In this document: positions 13,228 through 24,393 of the stretch, in pieces
Numbering within the stretch: position 1 is the first letter of the stretch
How the letters are laid out: each line of letters opens with the position of its first letter
Assembly (NCBI GenBank): GCA_002189035.1
Contig: NEEC01000031.1
Location: 186,001-250,000, forward strand
Length of the DNA stretch: 64,000 nucleotides
Direction: 5' to 3'
Source of the DNA: Utricularia gibba
Taxonomy: Eukaryota > Plantae > Magnoliophyta
Notes under the pieces: generated by a model
The model's input: only the letters and a program-made list of their open reading frames with translations
Told to the model about the DNA's origin: nothing
Database searches by the model: none
Made by a program: the position numbers and the translations under genes

Positions 13228-14703
13228 TTACCACGGGATTAAACTAGAAAATTTTTCCCCCAACAAGGTGCTGCCTGTTTGGGCCTTCCAAAAAATCTCT
13301 CCCTCTTCATCTTCGAGGTCTGTTACAGTCAGCTCACTGAATTCATCATCAGAGGCATATTCATCTAACTGAAATAAATCATCTAAACCATCATCATAAT
13401 CATCCAAGTAATCAACAACGGCTGGCTGCTGCCTGTCTCCTGGTTCTGTATTCCCATGGACGTCTGCTTTTCTCTTCTCTCTGCGCATCATTTTGCCTTC
13501 TCTTATAAGTTGTATCAGCTGGTCTTTCATCTCTAGCACATCATCTTTATGCAAAAGGTTTCCCTTCTCATCATACCCCTCTACCAAAAACACAGAATCC
13601 CTCTGTCCCTTCAGGCTAACATAGAACATCTCAGGGTGCCTTACCAGCATTCCTCTCAGCTTGTTTGACAAACCGAAATCTGTCCGAAAATGTGTCAAAT
13701 GATCGACCAATGTCCTTTTCTCCAGTGTCATCCCCAAAATCTCCCTTACTATTGCGCATGAGCGCTTCTCAGCTTCCAGTGACTCTCTTGCCAATTCTAA
13801 TGGATTGGTCTTGTATGGGCACACATCTGGGAGTTCCTTGAACTTGATCAGATAATCACGATGATGTCTCTTGATGTTCAACCCCTTGCGTAGGGTCAGA
13901 CGCTTGAATTTCAATGGCCTGTCCACAATAAACCCAGGGGGTTTGGCGACTTCATCAAAAGGCAAAACATTGGCCAAGTCTGAATCCCAGGAAACCAACT
14001 TAAGTGCTCGTCCATATGAGGTGTCAACAACCTTAAATTTATCTGGATAATCATGGCAAAGTCGAGACCGGAAGTTGATGGGCAGACCGAGGTCAGGACC
14101 AATGTGCACAAGCTTAGACAGCAATAGACTGTGATATGGGGCAGCAAGCATCAAGAGCTTTTGGAGCTTTTGAGCTAAAGAAACTGACATGCTCTTCTTC
14201 AGATCACCTTCCTTCTTGGCAATGGCTGCAGCAGCTGGTGTGAGACGGACACAGAGTTGAGAGAGCGGGCCAGCAGCATGGAAAGGTGTAGAAGGTGTTG
14301 GAATAGTGAAGAGTTCAAAAATAGAAGGGTAACGATGTATCATACTTAATATTGACCGAGGTTTGGGCAAACCCAAATAAGAACGACACTTGTAAAGAAT
14401 TTTAATAGGCATGAAGTGCTTTGGTTTGGAGAGAAGTAGCACTTTCAGCTTCTGCACAAAACGCATGCATTTTTGTTTTACAACATGCTTATCCAACCTA
14501 GGATCACGGACTATTTTATGCGGAGAGGAGGAACAAGTAATTACAGGGATACAGCAACGACGTGATTGGTTCTTTTTGGTTTTGATCCTGAGGCCGGGAT
14601 GAAGTGCTGACAGACCACTGGAAGAAGAGGAATGGGATGTAATGAGTGATGAATCCAAATAGGATGGTAATGCAAAAGCCGAAGCCAATGCTACGGTAGG
14701 CAT
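13228..14703 (-). CDS. PORR-domain (plant organelle RNA recognition) splicing factor with plastid transit peptide, LEFKOTHEA/At5g62990-like; intronless
   Basis: Single ORF 13228..14862, first plausible ATG at 14703 (MPTVALASAF..). Ser-rich N-terminus, then VRDPRLD, KLQKLLMLA, DLGLPINFR, EKRSCAIVREILGMTLEKRT, HPEMFYVSLKG..VFLVEGY and an acidic tail. Confidence 0.85.
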   Translation of the reverse strand: MPTVALASAFALPSYLDSSLITSHSSSSSGLSALHPGLRIKTKKNQSRRCCIPVITCSSSPHKIVRDPRLDKHVVKQKCMRFVQKLKVLLLSKPKHFMPIKILYKCRSYLGLPKPRSILSMIHRYPSIFELFTIPTPSTPFHAAGPLSQLCVRLTPAAAAIAKKEGDLKKSMSVSLAQKLQKLLMLAAPYHSLLLSKLVHIGPDLGLPINFRSRLCHDYPDKFKVVDTSYGRALKLVSWDSDLANVLPFDEVAKPPGFIVDRPLKFKRLTLRKGLNIKRHHRDYLIKFKELPDVCPYKTNPLELARESLEAEKRSCAIVREILGMTLEKRTLVDHLTHFRTDFGLSNKLRGMLVRHPEMFYVSLKGQRDSVFLVEGYDEKGNLLHKDDVLEMKDQLIQLIREGKMMRREKRKADVHGNTEPGDRQQPAVVDYLDDYDDGLDDLFQLDEYASDDEFSELTVTDLEDEEGEIFWKAQTGSTLLGEKFSSLIPW

Positions 14704-15510
14704 TTCTTCTAAACTCAGTGGAGAGTTCACAATGAGGGCAGGGCTTTCGACTGGGGCAATTAAAGGTTTTATCTTTAGAGTGATGGGAAGGAGGCCCTTG
14801 ATAACTAGAGCATTGGAGCAACTCCTGCGGATTGAATGCAACTGAATTAAAACACACGACAAAAATCAGTAGGAAGATGTGCGCAATCCGATGCCCTGAC
14901 ACCATCACAAATTGCTGATCACAGAAAGAAACATCTGTAGAAATGTAGAGAATCGTAAATACCCCAATTCCAAAGCCTTTCTACTTTACTTTCCGCTACG
15001 AGAGAGAGCAAACGCGCAACAAACCAATGACCAATCATTTGCTTCAAGTTAAATCATCAACGAACCGCGAAAATGCATACAACTGACGCTATCAGAGAAA
15101 TAAGTAATTCATCCACATCCGACTTACTGTTAGAGCCTTGATTCCGCGGCAAATCAAGATTTCACCGCCGAGTTTCCATCCCCCACAAAACATTCAACGA
15201 CGAATCAGAGCAGCGTCCTCGGATTTTCTTTTTTAAAGACAATAGAGCAAAAACGCCATGGGCTTCGTCCAGACCAACCAAACGTGGGCGAACTGCTTAG
15301 CCCAAGATTAATATAACGGTGGGCCGGACCGGGACAACCAAACCGACTCGCGACAAGAAAACATAACCGGCTCGGAGCGGGCCATCATGTGCCCCAGTCT
15401 GCACAAAACATTAATATAATATTCGGTATTACCATAAAATACAAAGAAAAAATAAACACACAAAAGAGTAAATTCCTAAAGACAAGCCACCGTACAATGA
15501 AGTGGTGACG

Positions 15511-15530
15511 TGACGCACTTTATGACGCCA
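15511..15530 (+). promoter_or_regulatory. as-1/ocs-like element (TGA bZIP binding site)
   Basis: TGACGCAC-TTTA-TGACGCCA: two TGACG octamers with the canonical 4-nt spacer, preceded by a third TGACG at 15506. Confidence 0.55.
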
Positions 15531-15659
15531 TACGTTTGACTGCACAAATCCCCACCCCTCCCCTCCCCCGGTGTTTGATTTTGTTCGTTTCCCAGCCGCC
15601 TTTCACTTCCAAATTTCCCCAAAATGAAGATATTTAATTTTTTAGGGCTCCTTAGTCAC

Positions 15660-15699
<40 letters not shown>
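15660..15699. repeat. Perfect AT palindrome formed by (AAT)n/(ATT)n microsatellite
   Basis: ataataataataataataat|attattattattattattat: 20-bp arms, no spacer, centre 15679/15680. Confidence 0.9.
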
Positions 15700-15707
<8 letters not shown>

Positions 15708-16657
15708 GGGTAAAGTGTTGTTGTCTAGAAGTAAGTGCAAGCGTTGTCGGATTCTCTTTCCCCCGGATGCCATGACAACCTTGCGCTGGAAGAAAGGCAC
15801 CGCATTTTTTTTATTTAATTTTCCCGCTATAAAGTTTTATTTTATTGTGATAAAAAATAATCGTAAATCACACTTTAGATCACGTTACCGCAAAAATTCA
15901 ATAAAAGAAGAGGGAGGGAGGCCGGGCGGCCGCCACAAATCTAATCATCCATCATGTGGTTTGCTTTTCATCTTTTTCTATGCCAACGTTTTCCAATTTA
16001 CTACCCCGATTTATTTCGGATTCTGAAGCAAATTTTCTGGGAAATTTATCCAAATGCAATACGCACATTTCGCATGAAGCACCCAAGGGGCACAACTCAC
16101 AAGTGAATGAAGGAAGGGGCGCGGGGGAGGAGAGGGGGGTGCTCAAAAAGGGGTCTTGGGTGAGGAGGATGAGGAATATATACTTTGCTTGCGAATGGAG
16201 GATGTGCTGGCCCCACTTCACCTTCTGCTCTTTATCTTCTACCTAAAAATTCTCCCCGCCTGCGGGGGTAACTTGCTTGTTGCCATCTCACTGACCCGGA
16301 TTCTCCTCCCCTCAAGTCGGGCAGCCCCGGTGCCGACTTATCAGAACACTGGTAGTAACATAGGATGGGATTTGATGGGATGATACTACACCTGATACAT
16401 GCTGATGATGCACTTCCTCATGTAATGTAACGCAGTTGGTTTGGAGGAAGAAAAACAAAACGGGTTGTCGGGTTTTATGGTCCTGCATTGGACTGGTTTG
16501 CTGCGGTTTCGATTTGCTATACGAATTAAAGTACATGGTGGGAAAGTGAGTAGAGTGACTAGTAGTCCCACGTAGCAACTTTTTCTTCCTTCAAATTCAC
16601 AACCTGCTCCTCCTCCTCCTCCCAAGCGCCACTCCTACTCTCCACAACCTCTCTCTT

Positions 16658-17776
16658 ATGAATAACACTGAGCTCCAGGTTTACAATGACGCCCCTCCTC
16701 CGATTGGCTGCAGGTAACACGGTAACTTAAAAGCCAACAGCGCTTTCATGCGCCCTGCATGCTAACTCTACTTGGTTTCCAACTGAATTAGGGTGTGATC
16801 ACGGAGGATATGATCGGACCCGGTGTGGATTCTTCTTCCCCTGTGGGAGGTTCCGCGGTCGAGGAAGCGGTTTTCGCATGCGGTCGGCCGTTGATGGAGC
16901 GGCGGCTCCGGCCACAGCATGAGCAGGCGCTGAAATGCCCCAGATGCGAATCGACGCACACCAAGTTCTGTTATTACAACAACTACAGCCTCTCTCAGCC
17001 GCGCTACTTCTGCAAAACCTGCCGCCGTTACTGGACAAAAGGGGGAACCCTACGCAATATTCCGGTCGGTGGCGGATGCCGGAAAAACACAAGAAAATCC
17101 TCCTCCGCAGGAGTTGCTGCAACGTCTAAGAAACCCTCAAATGATTTCCATTTCCCCATTCCATCGCCGTCCGTGCCCATTCATAATCCTGAAAACAATA
17201 GCCTTTCTGCATTCCCATTATCCATCTTCAGCTCCGATCAAACAAACACCGGTGATCTACACCTCAATTTCAATGAGCAGCTTCAGTTCAACCCCCGCTT
17301 GTTTACTCCGGGGGGTTCCTACTCCAAAACCCGTCACAGGTTCATTCAGTTTTCAATCAGTAAGAATCTACATTATGCTCACTCTCTACACGTCTCACTT
17401 GTGAAATTTGGATCAGATTTACGCAGAACAAGGCTGTGGATTCGACCTCATGGAAACCAAGAACGACACTTTTATGGCAGCAGGAGGAGCTGATTTCTCC
17501 AACTCTGGAATAATGGCGGCGGCACACAAGTACCCCTCTGCTTTTGACGACCTCTACGGGCCATGTTTGTCTCTTGATCACCCCGCCGCCGGCGTTCTCG
17601 ACGGATGCCAGAGACTGATGCTCCCCTGCGGCGGCGATGGCACGGCCGACATTAAGCCTGGTGTGAAGCTCTTTTCCGGAAACTCGAGTACCGGGAAAGA
17701 CTCATTCGGGTTCAGAGGGATAAGGTCGTGGACCGGGTTCATGGATGGATCCTCTGCAGCTCATTCTCTTGGTTAA
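16658..17776 (+). CDS. Dof zinc-finger transcription factor, DOF5.6/HCA2-like
   Basis: Dof domain [49 protein letters not shown] preceded by [13 protein letters not shown]. Exon 1 (16658-16713) reads [19 protein letters not shown] after adding one C at 16692-16695. Exon 2 starts at 16792. The C-terminal part ([29 protein letters not shown]) lies in ORF 17408..17776 and needs an extra intron. Confidence 0.9.
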
Positions 17777-18053
17777 TTAGAATGAGACTAGTCAAAATTT
17801 TCTCTCTGTTGGTTACTATGAATGTGGTGGAAACAAGGAGAAAAAATCGAAAATAGCCTGTCTTCGTTTTGATTTCCAGATGTTTCAGTAGGTGAGTGTG
17901 ATGAGAGAGGAATGAAGGAAAGGTTTGATCTCTAATCATCATTATCGCATAGGTAGAAGCATTATTGTCACAAAGGTCATAACCTGATACCACTGTATGT
18001 ATGCCAAGGGAAACATGAGACGCTTATCTCACAAATGCGCAGATGCAGTGGAG

Positions 18054-19159
18054 TCAAGCATCAGCGGCTTTGTCCAAATGTGAATAACCATCCTTCGCAT
18101 TGAACTTTGCGCGCTTGGAGTGGTAATCTTTGACAGCAGCCTTGATTGCATCCTCAGCGAGCATGCTGCAATGCAGTTTCACCGGTGGGAGGGAAAGATG
18201 CTTTGCTATTTCACTGCATTGAACCAGATTGGATCAGACATCAAGAAGAAGCACAAGTGTAAGATCAACCCAACGAATTCTTCTCGGATTTTGGTGACCA
18301 CAAACAGACACCCTCAAACTTTCAGTAAAGGGCAACATTTTAACAAACTGAATTCACGAATTATGCAATGCATTATCTATTAGACAATCACCAAAAGAAA
18401 TGAGTAGATAAAGCAATTGGTTGCGCATACATAGGATCACCCAAAGACCACGATCAAACTTTTCATAAAGCAGAACCACAAGGTTTTTTGCTTACGTATT
18501 CTTGATTGAGAGAACTTCCTCCATTTGCTTTCCCTTCACCCATTCAGTAGCTGAAAAAAAAAAACACATCTTAGCAACACATACTTGGTAAGGGGAACGG
18601 ATACTCACACTAATCAAGGCATCACTGTGTGATTTATCATTCCAACCAATTGAACCAACAGAGGCAATGGCTAATTACAATCTCCGACAGTGGAGAGCAT
18701 GATAAAAGTTGGATTAAAAATTCCCCATTTCAGGACACCGGGAATCGCAGGATTCAAGTGGACAACAGACATGAGCAACCACAATACGAAAATTCAACTC
18801 CTCGGATGATTTCATATCCAGCTCATAAATCAAAGCTTGATTTTAAGACTCCACGAAATCGAAAGTTCCCCACCTACAGACGAAGAAGCAATAGCGGAGC
18901 CGCAACCAAAGGTCTTGAAACACGCATCGATAATCTTCCCACTCTCCTCATCGACCCTAATCTGCAACTTCATAACGTCACCGCAGGCCGGAGCACCCAC
19001 GAGACCCGTCCCAACATTCGGGTCGTTCTTGTCGAACGAACCGACGTTCCTCGGGTTGTCGTAATGATCCACGACTCTCTCGTGGTAAAGCCTCACCGGC
19101 GGTACAACGGCGGAACGAAGGGCTGGGAACAGAATCTTCGACGCCGCTGGCCTCAACAT
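18054..19159 (-). CDS. ISU1: Mitochondrial Fe-S cluster scaffold protein (IscU); exons 19159-18874, 18550-18496 and a final exon ending at 18054
   Basis: YHERVVDHYDNPRNVGSFDK..GAPACGDVMKLQI..FKTFGCGSAIASSS|ATEWVKGK..|EIAKHLSLPPVKLHCSMLAEDAIKAA; three conserved Cys and the LPPVK motif. Confidence 0.97.
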
Positions 19160-19981
19160 TTCCGATTGAATGCAAGGAACTTGGTCGCAATTCCGGATGT
19201 TGAGATGACGATACGAGACTTCTGGAAGCAAATATTTCCTGATTTTCGGGGAATTAAATTCCGTTCTTATGTGTGAAACCTAAGGCGGTTTTCCATTTCG
19301 CAATTGCATATTTATTTAGGTTAATCTAAAAAATATATGTATAAGTTTTAGTTAAAAATTATTAAAGTTAAAAAATCTCATGATTTATCAGGCGACTACA
19401 GTCAGGCGAGTGGCTTTGTTTGTGGCGGAATTCGTTGAAAGCCCTAGGTGGATTACTGATTTTCCGATCTTGCTCTTCGCCGGCGGAGAACAGAGTCTCC
19501 GTGGGCTCGATTTCCCGCGCTGGTTACAGGTTCGAGTGGCCGTGCTTTCATTTATTGCTGTTACACTTACCAAAGGTTGTAGTCGGTGTCAGTTGTGAGT
19601 TGCGGTATATGATTTTTGCTTCTTCGGGTATATGTTTGTCAGAATGTCTGTGGAACTCGTTTATATTCTTGTTGTTTTTAAAACATGAGTTGATGAGGCC
19701 GGCTTGTCAGTGTTCGGTTTCTCTGGAGAAAAGGAATGGTTGCTTTCACCGGATTTGTGATGAGAATGAGAGATGTTGGGTTTCGTTATTTTTTAGATCT
19801 GTGTGAGCTTTTGGTTGTGGGATTCTACTGATGCAGCTCAGATGATCTGTGTTACGGGTTACTGAAAATAGGATTAATTGAGTTTCCGTGAGTTTATCTG
19901 TTTTTAGTCTTGTCTAACGCTGTGAGTTGAATGCTTATGGTGTTTTCCGGTTCCAGGAATCCGTTGTTATTCTGGAGCGCC

Positions 19982-20664
19982 ATGGCTGAGGAAGAAGAGT
20001 ATGCTGCTTTCCTGGAGAGAGTAGAGAGGACAATATGCGTTGAAAACTTAGCACCAGCTGTTACAAGCGCTTCTCTTAAGGGTGCTTTTGGTCAGTTTGG
20101 AACCGTGAAAAGCATAATCTTCATCCCCAATTACTTCGTCGCCAAGAACAGTCCCCAAGCTGCTTTGGTGGAAATGGATAATTCCAAACTAGCTGGTGAT
20201 GTTATAGATCAGACGAACTCTCTCCCTTTTATGATTGGAGGAATTCCTAGGCCTGTCAGAGTGCTCCCTGCCACATATGAAATGTTTGGCGATCGTCCCA
20301 GAATCCCCAAGCGGAAAATAGTATGCTGTTGGTTGGATCGCCAAGATCCTGAGTATGCGGTTGCAAAGAAAGTGAAGGATCTGGTTGTGAAACACATCGC
20401 CGAAGCATCTTTTGTGCTCGAGGTACTCATTTTCTCCCTGCGATGCTGGCTCTTCTCCACTGTAAACTCGACATGTTTTTTACTTTGTTATATCCGCAGC
20501 ACCATCGCGCAGAAGAAGAAAAGCTTGCTGCCGAACAGAGAGAGAAGCTGAAGTTGCATTATCAGAAGCTGGAAATGCTGGATTCATTGGTCGGGGATCC
20601 GTTCTTCAAAGATTTGAAACTCCACTATGGCATGAAGTCCTCGAACGCGTCATCTGGCTACTGA
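19982..20664 (+). CDS. AIPP1: RRM protein ASI1-immunoprecipitated protein 1 / EDM3-like; exons 19982-20422, 20500-20664
   Basis: EEYAAFLERVERTICVENL..FGQFGTVK..FIPNY..ALVEM..LPFMIGGIPRPVRV..MFGDRP matches the recalled AIPP1/EDM3 pattern; GT-AG intron in phase 0. Confidence 0.75.
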
Positions 20665-21563
20665 GCAAACAGTCTTATCCTTGTTCGGTGTAAGTTTCGT
20701 CCACGTTTTTTGTCCGCTGACGCGTGCATTCTTTTGTTAAATAGTAGAAGGAAGGCGTGCAGGAACACCAATGTGAACTCCCGCGGAAAATCTTCGTGAC
20801 TCTTGTAAATGTCAAGCGATGCATCCGTTGACCATAAGCGCGGGCGATAATTTTCTAACTACAAAACGGCGGTGGCTTCGAAGCCTGTCCGAACAGGGAC
20901 CGCGTTCAAAGGTATCTTGGTCGACACTGACGTAAACACGGCTCCCACAATTGAGTTGATGTGTTTTTCCTTGACAATTCCACGTTTCCAGCCCATTCCT
21001 TTGGGCCCAAGCCGTCTCGTAGTTCCCACCCAGCGAGCGTCTGGGCGAGCAAATTTGTTGGTCACCAAATTCAAACCGCGGTTTCAATGGGTGGAATTTG
21101 AGATCAGAAGCGTTTGAGAGATGACCCACGGCCGCAGGCTGATGCGGTTACCAGGGCAAGCGGAATGGGTATTGTCCTATAACAAGCTGCTAATATATCG
21201 GATGGACACGGAATTCAACTGATTAATGCCTCATTAATCGTCTTTTAATCAGGATTAACATTTATAACCGCTGTAAGTCAATGGCTGTGCTGGTCCCCCG
21301 TATGGAAAACCCTCCACTATTTTTTCGTAATCAGTTTTATATGCCTTGGAACAGGAGAAGAGATGAACAAATAAATGCCGCCACCCTACCGTGGGTATAC
21401 GTGAACCTTACCGCACAGGATTTTGTCTCCGCGGCGCGTATCCGTTCGTTATCGTCCTCCTTCCACTCAGATCTATAAATACATGAGGAGGCCTCGCCCT
21501 CCCGCAATGTGACCGACTGAGGGGACTTTTCCAGGGGTATACGAATCAGATATTTTTCCGGTA

Positions 21564-22211
21564 ATGGACGGGCGTTTGACGGCGGCGAGGTCTCCTAGCT
21601 TCACCAGCTACTCCAACACTGGATTTATTGCAATCGCCGATCGGGTGGTGGAGGAATTAGCATACGACGTCTTTTACTTCGGGGCGGATTCAGGGGAAGC
21701 GGGATCGGAGAGGAGAAAAGAGATGGTCGAGGAGGATAACGAGACGGAATTCGAATTTGGTACCGTGGATATGGATGCGGTGAGATTTAGGCCGATTTAT
21801 CCGGTTTTCGGTAGGGATTTGCTAACGGAAAGGGTGCGGGCAGGGGAAGGGCTTCTCGGAGGAAAAGAATCGGCAAAATCGGACGAGGATAAACCTCGGG
21901 GGCCGAATCGCCGCCATCCGTTGAGGAAACTGTTTATCGATGAGAGGGAGACGACGATGACGTCTTCTTGCTCTTCGTCGGAGACCGATGAGCTGGAAGG
22001 CGTTCCAGCGGATACGTACTGTGTTTGGCGGCCAAAGGAATCGGCGGTGGATCGGTGTAAGAAAAGTAGTTCGACCGGCGCACACCATAAGAGATGGAGG
22101 CTCAAAGTGAAGGAACTGCTCCGCCGGAGCCACAGCGATGTGAGCGACGACGGCGTCGTTTTCGTGGGAGAGAAGAGTAGGGGCGGTGAGGAAATGCCCC
22201 GCCCCCCGTAG
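21564..22211 (+). CDS. DUF1645-family protein, intronless
   Basis: FEF..PIYPVFGRDL, PLRKLFIDER, ELEGVPADTYCVW, CKKSSSTG..RWRLK..LLRRSHSD. The end is uncertain because of a possible 1-nt loss in the C6 run at 22202-22207. Confidence 0.8.
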   Translation: MDGRLTAARSPSFTSYSNTGFIAIADRVVEELAYDVFYFGADSGEAGSERRKEMVEEDNETEFEFGTVDMDAVRFRPIYPVFGRDLLTERVRAGEGLLGGKESAKSDEDKPRGPNRRHPLRKLFIDERETTMTSSCSSSETDELEGVPADTYCVWRPKESAVDRCKKSSSTGAHHKRWRLKVKELLRRSHSDVSDDGVVFVGEKSRGGEEMPRPP

Positions 22212-22595
22212 CTCTCACCGAAAAAGTTGGAAACGGGAATCCCCGCCGTCCGACGGCAGAAAAATCGGCGGTCAGGATCCATCTAATTTGGTGGTGGGAC
22301 CCGACAACCGCGGAAGTGTGATTCTGAATAAAGGTTTTTAATTTACTTGTTAATTTACGTTGTACGTATATTTTATCCAGCCCATTCCCTTTGGAAAGCT
22401 AAAGTTGATTGCGCAGCCTTTTGCCCATTATGCCCTCCCTCTGCTTTCTGTCGGGCCTGATCCACGCTCCCATGGATCAGACCAACGAATCATCCGCCTA
22501 TCTATCAATCAATCGTTCATGGGAAGGAAACTCCTCTCTATAATAATGGGGTAGAGTAGGGTAGAGCAGAGCAGAGCATTCGGTGCTGCCATTTG

Positions 22596-23923
22596 TCACA
22601 CACAGCAGCAGCAGCAGAGGATGTAGCCGGATATGAGAGAGCTAAACCCCAGGGCGATGAATGCCAGGAAGGACATGGCGATGGAGGCGCTAGCCATGGT
22701 CGTGAATTCATCTCTGCCCCAGTTCAGGATCCAGTCGTTGACTCTCGTAGCAGCCGCCGATGATGCAGAGGCTAGAAGGTATGCCAGAATCTGCGCACAA
22801 ACCATTTCTGGAATTAGTAGAGGAGTCTGGAGATGACCCAGTTAGAAACTTGCCGCACCTGATCCATGGAGAAGTCGAAGCAGTAACGGGAACGTTGAGA
22901 GGTGGGCTTCTCGGTGGCCAACCGGAATCCCAGGTCGAAAGCCTGAAACCCCGAGTATGCAAATCCCACAATGTTCACTGCTAGACAGAACCTGCAAACA
23001 TCAAGGCCGCTTTTTTACATTCATCACGCGCCTATCCTGTGCAGATAAACTACCAGCTCTCAAACACAACAACACAGCCAATACTATGTAAAATGAATGG
23101 ATGGTCTCATACACAAATAACAAAAATAAGGCAACTTGGCTAACATAGCAAGAGCATGATGGTCTCAACAAACAAAAAAAACTGATCTTGATGCGGCCAG
23201 ATTACAATACCTGTATTCGACGTATCGATCAAACGAATCGCCACTCCAGCCTTGAGTTCTATCAGCGGCCATAACAGAAAAAGAAATCAAACATATGACC
23301 GCCGAAATTACTCGAAAGGTCAAGGCAGCAGCCATCATCGAAGCAGGCCCCTTCCACCCTCTGAATCTCGTGTTACTCTCGCCCAATTCCTCATCCGTTG
23401 CACGGACGTGCCGCTCCTGCAGCACCCCACCTCCGCGGCCATAAGGCTCCACTTTCTTCACGACCTCCGCCGGTTCCGCCTGCACCAATTTATTTACCCC
23501 CAAAACCACCGACGGATCAACCTTCCCCATCAAATCATGATTCTCTCCTTTCTCTGATTTATATTTAGCCCCTGCGGACGTCTCGCCCACCACCATATCT
23601 TCTTTTCTCGATATGGATTTCTGGGATTGCGGCCACAGACGCCACTCCTTATGTTTTGCCACAGGAGAAAGACTCGATTTTCCAGGAGAGAGTTTTGGGG
23701 AAAAGCATTTATCAGCCGGAAAGCCTAGTGCCTTACTGTTCTTATGACTCGGCCCCTCGTTTTCTGAGTGAAAACAGGGGTCATCGGAGCGAAGCGGCGA
23801 TTCCGAACGGAGAGGGGAGTGCCAATAATCGGTGGGGCTTACCGTAGAATCGGTGTCAGAAATTGATATATGGCCGTTGCTATTGGTCTTCTTACTGTGG
23901 TTGCCGGACTCCGAGTACTCCAT
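22596..23923 (-). CDS. CASP-like protein, CASPL4A subgroup, 3 exons
   Basis: Long Ser/Pro-rich N-terminus, then FRVISAVICLISFSVMAADRTQGWSGDSFDRYVEYR|FCLAVNIVGFAYSGFQAFDL..FSMDQ|ILAYLLASASSAAATRVNDWILNWGRDEFTTMASASIAMSFLAF. Confidence 0.9.
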
Positions 23924-24369
23924 CCCAGGCCCGAGAAAAATGAAAGCTTCACGTGTGGATATGCAAATCCTGCTGAGGTTCAGTGATGATGATGAATTTT
24001 TGGTATTGGGGAGTGACGAAGACAAGCAATCACAATAAGCAGTCAACACGTAGAAGAAGAAAGGCTTGAGGACAAAGCAAGAGTTTTTATCGCAGGCAAT
24101 TTTTGAATTCCACACTTTCCGGTTCCGGTGACAGCGACGTGAATTATTTTTCCGTTGATGCCGTGGCGATTGCGGATTCGTGGAGTCAGCTTTTAAACCG
24201 TGTGGTGCGTCACAGGGAATCCAGTCCGTTGTGGAATACGGAAGCAGGCTTCAAATCGTCAGGCGCCGGCTAGTGAGACGAGACGACGACGTATTAGTCA
24301 ATTAAAATTAGCTCGATTGCGGAAATCCCCTTCCTTCCAAAAGACGCACACCAGCTTTCCATAATTACC

Positions 24370-24393
24370 CCTCTCTCTATATATATATATATA
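24370..24393. repeat. (TC)n(TA)n microsatellite
   Basis: cctctctctatatatatatatata. Confidence 0.8.

Noticed and set aside
18629-19276. Long antisense or alternative-frame ORFs (for example 18629..19276 +, 50790..51410 +, 44541..45137 -, 6271..6765 -)
   Set aside because: They are shadows of GC-rich coding exons on the opposite strand, with no recognisable domains.
21515-21540. GGAAAAGTCCCC resembling the RNase MRP conserved region I
   Set aside because: No matching CR-V or P4 partner; it sits in the DUF1645 core promoter or leader.
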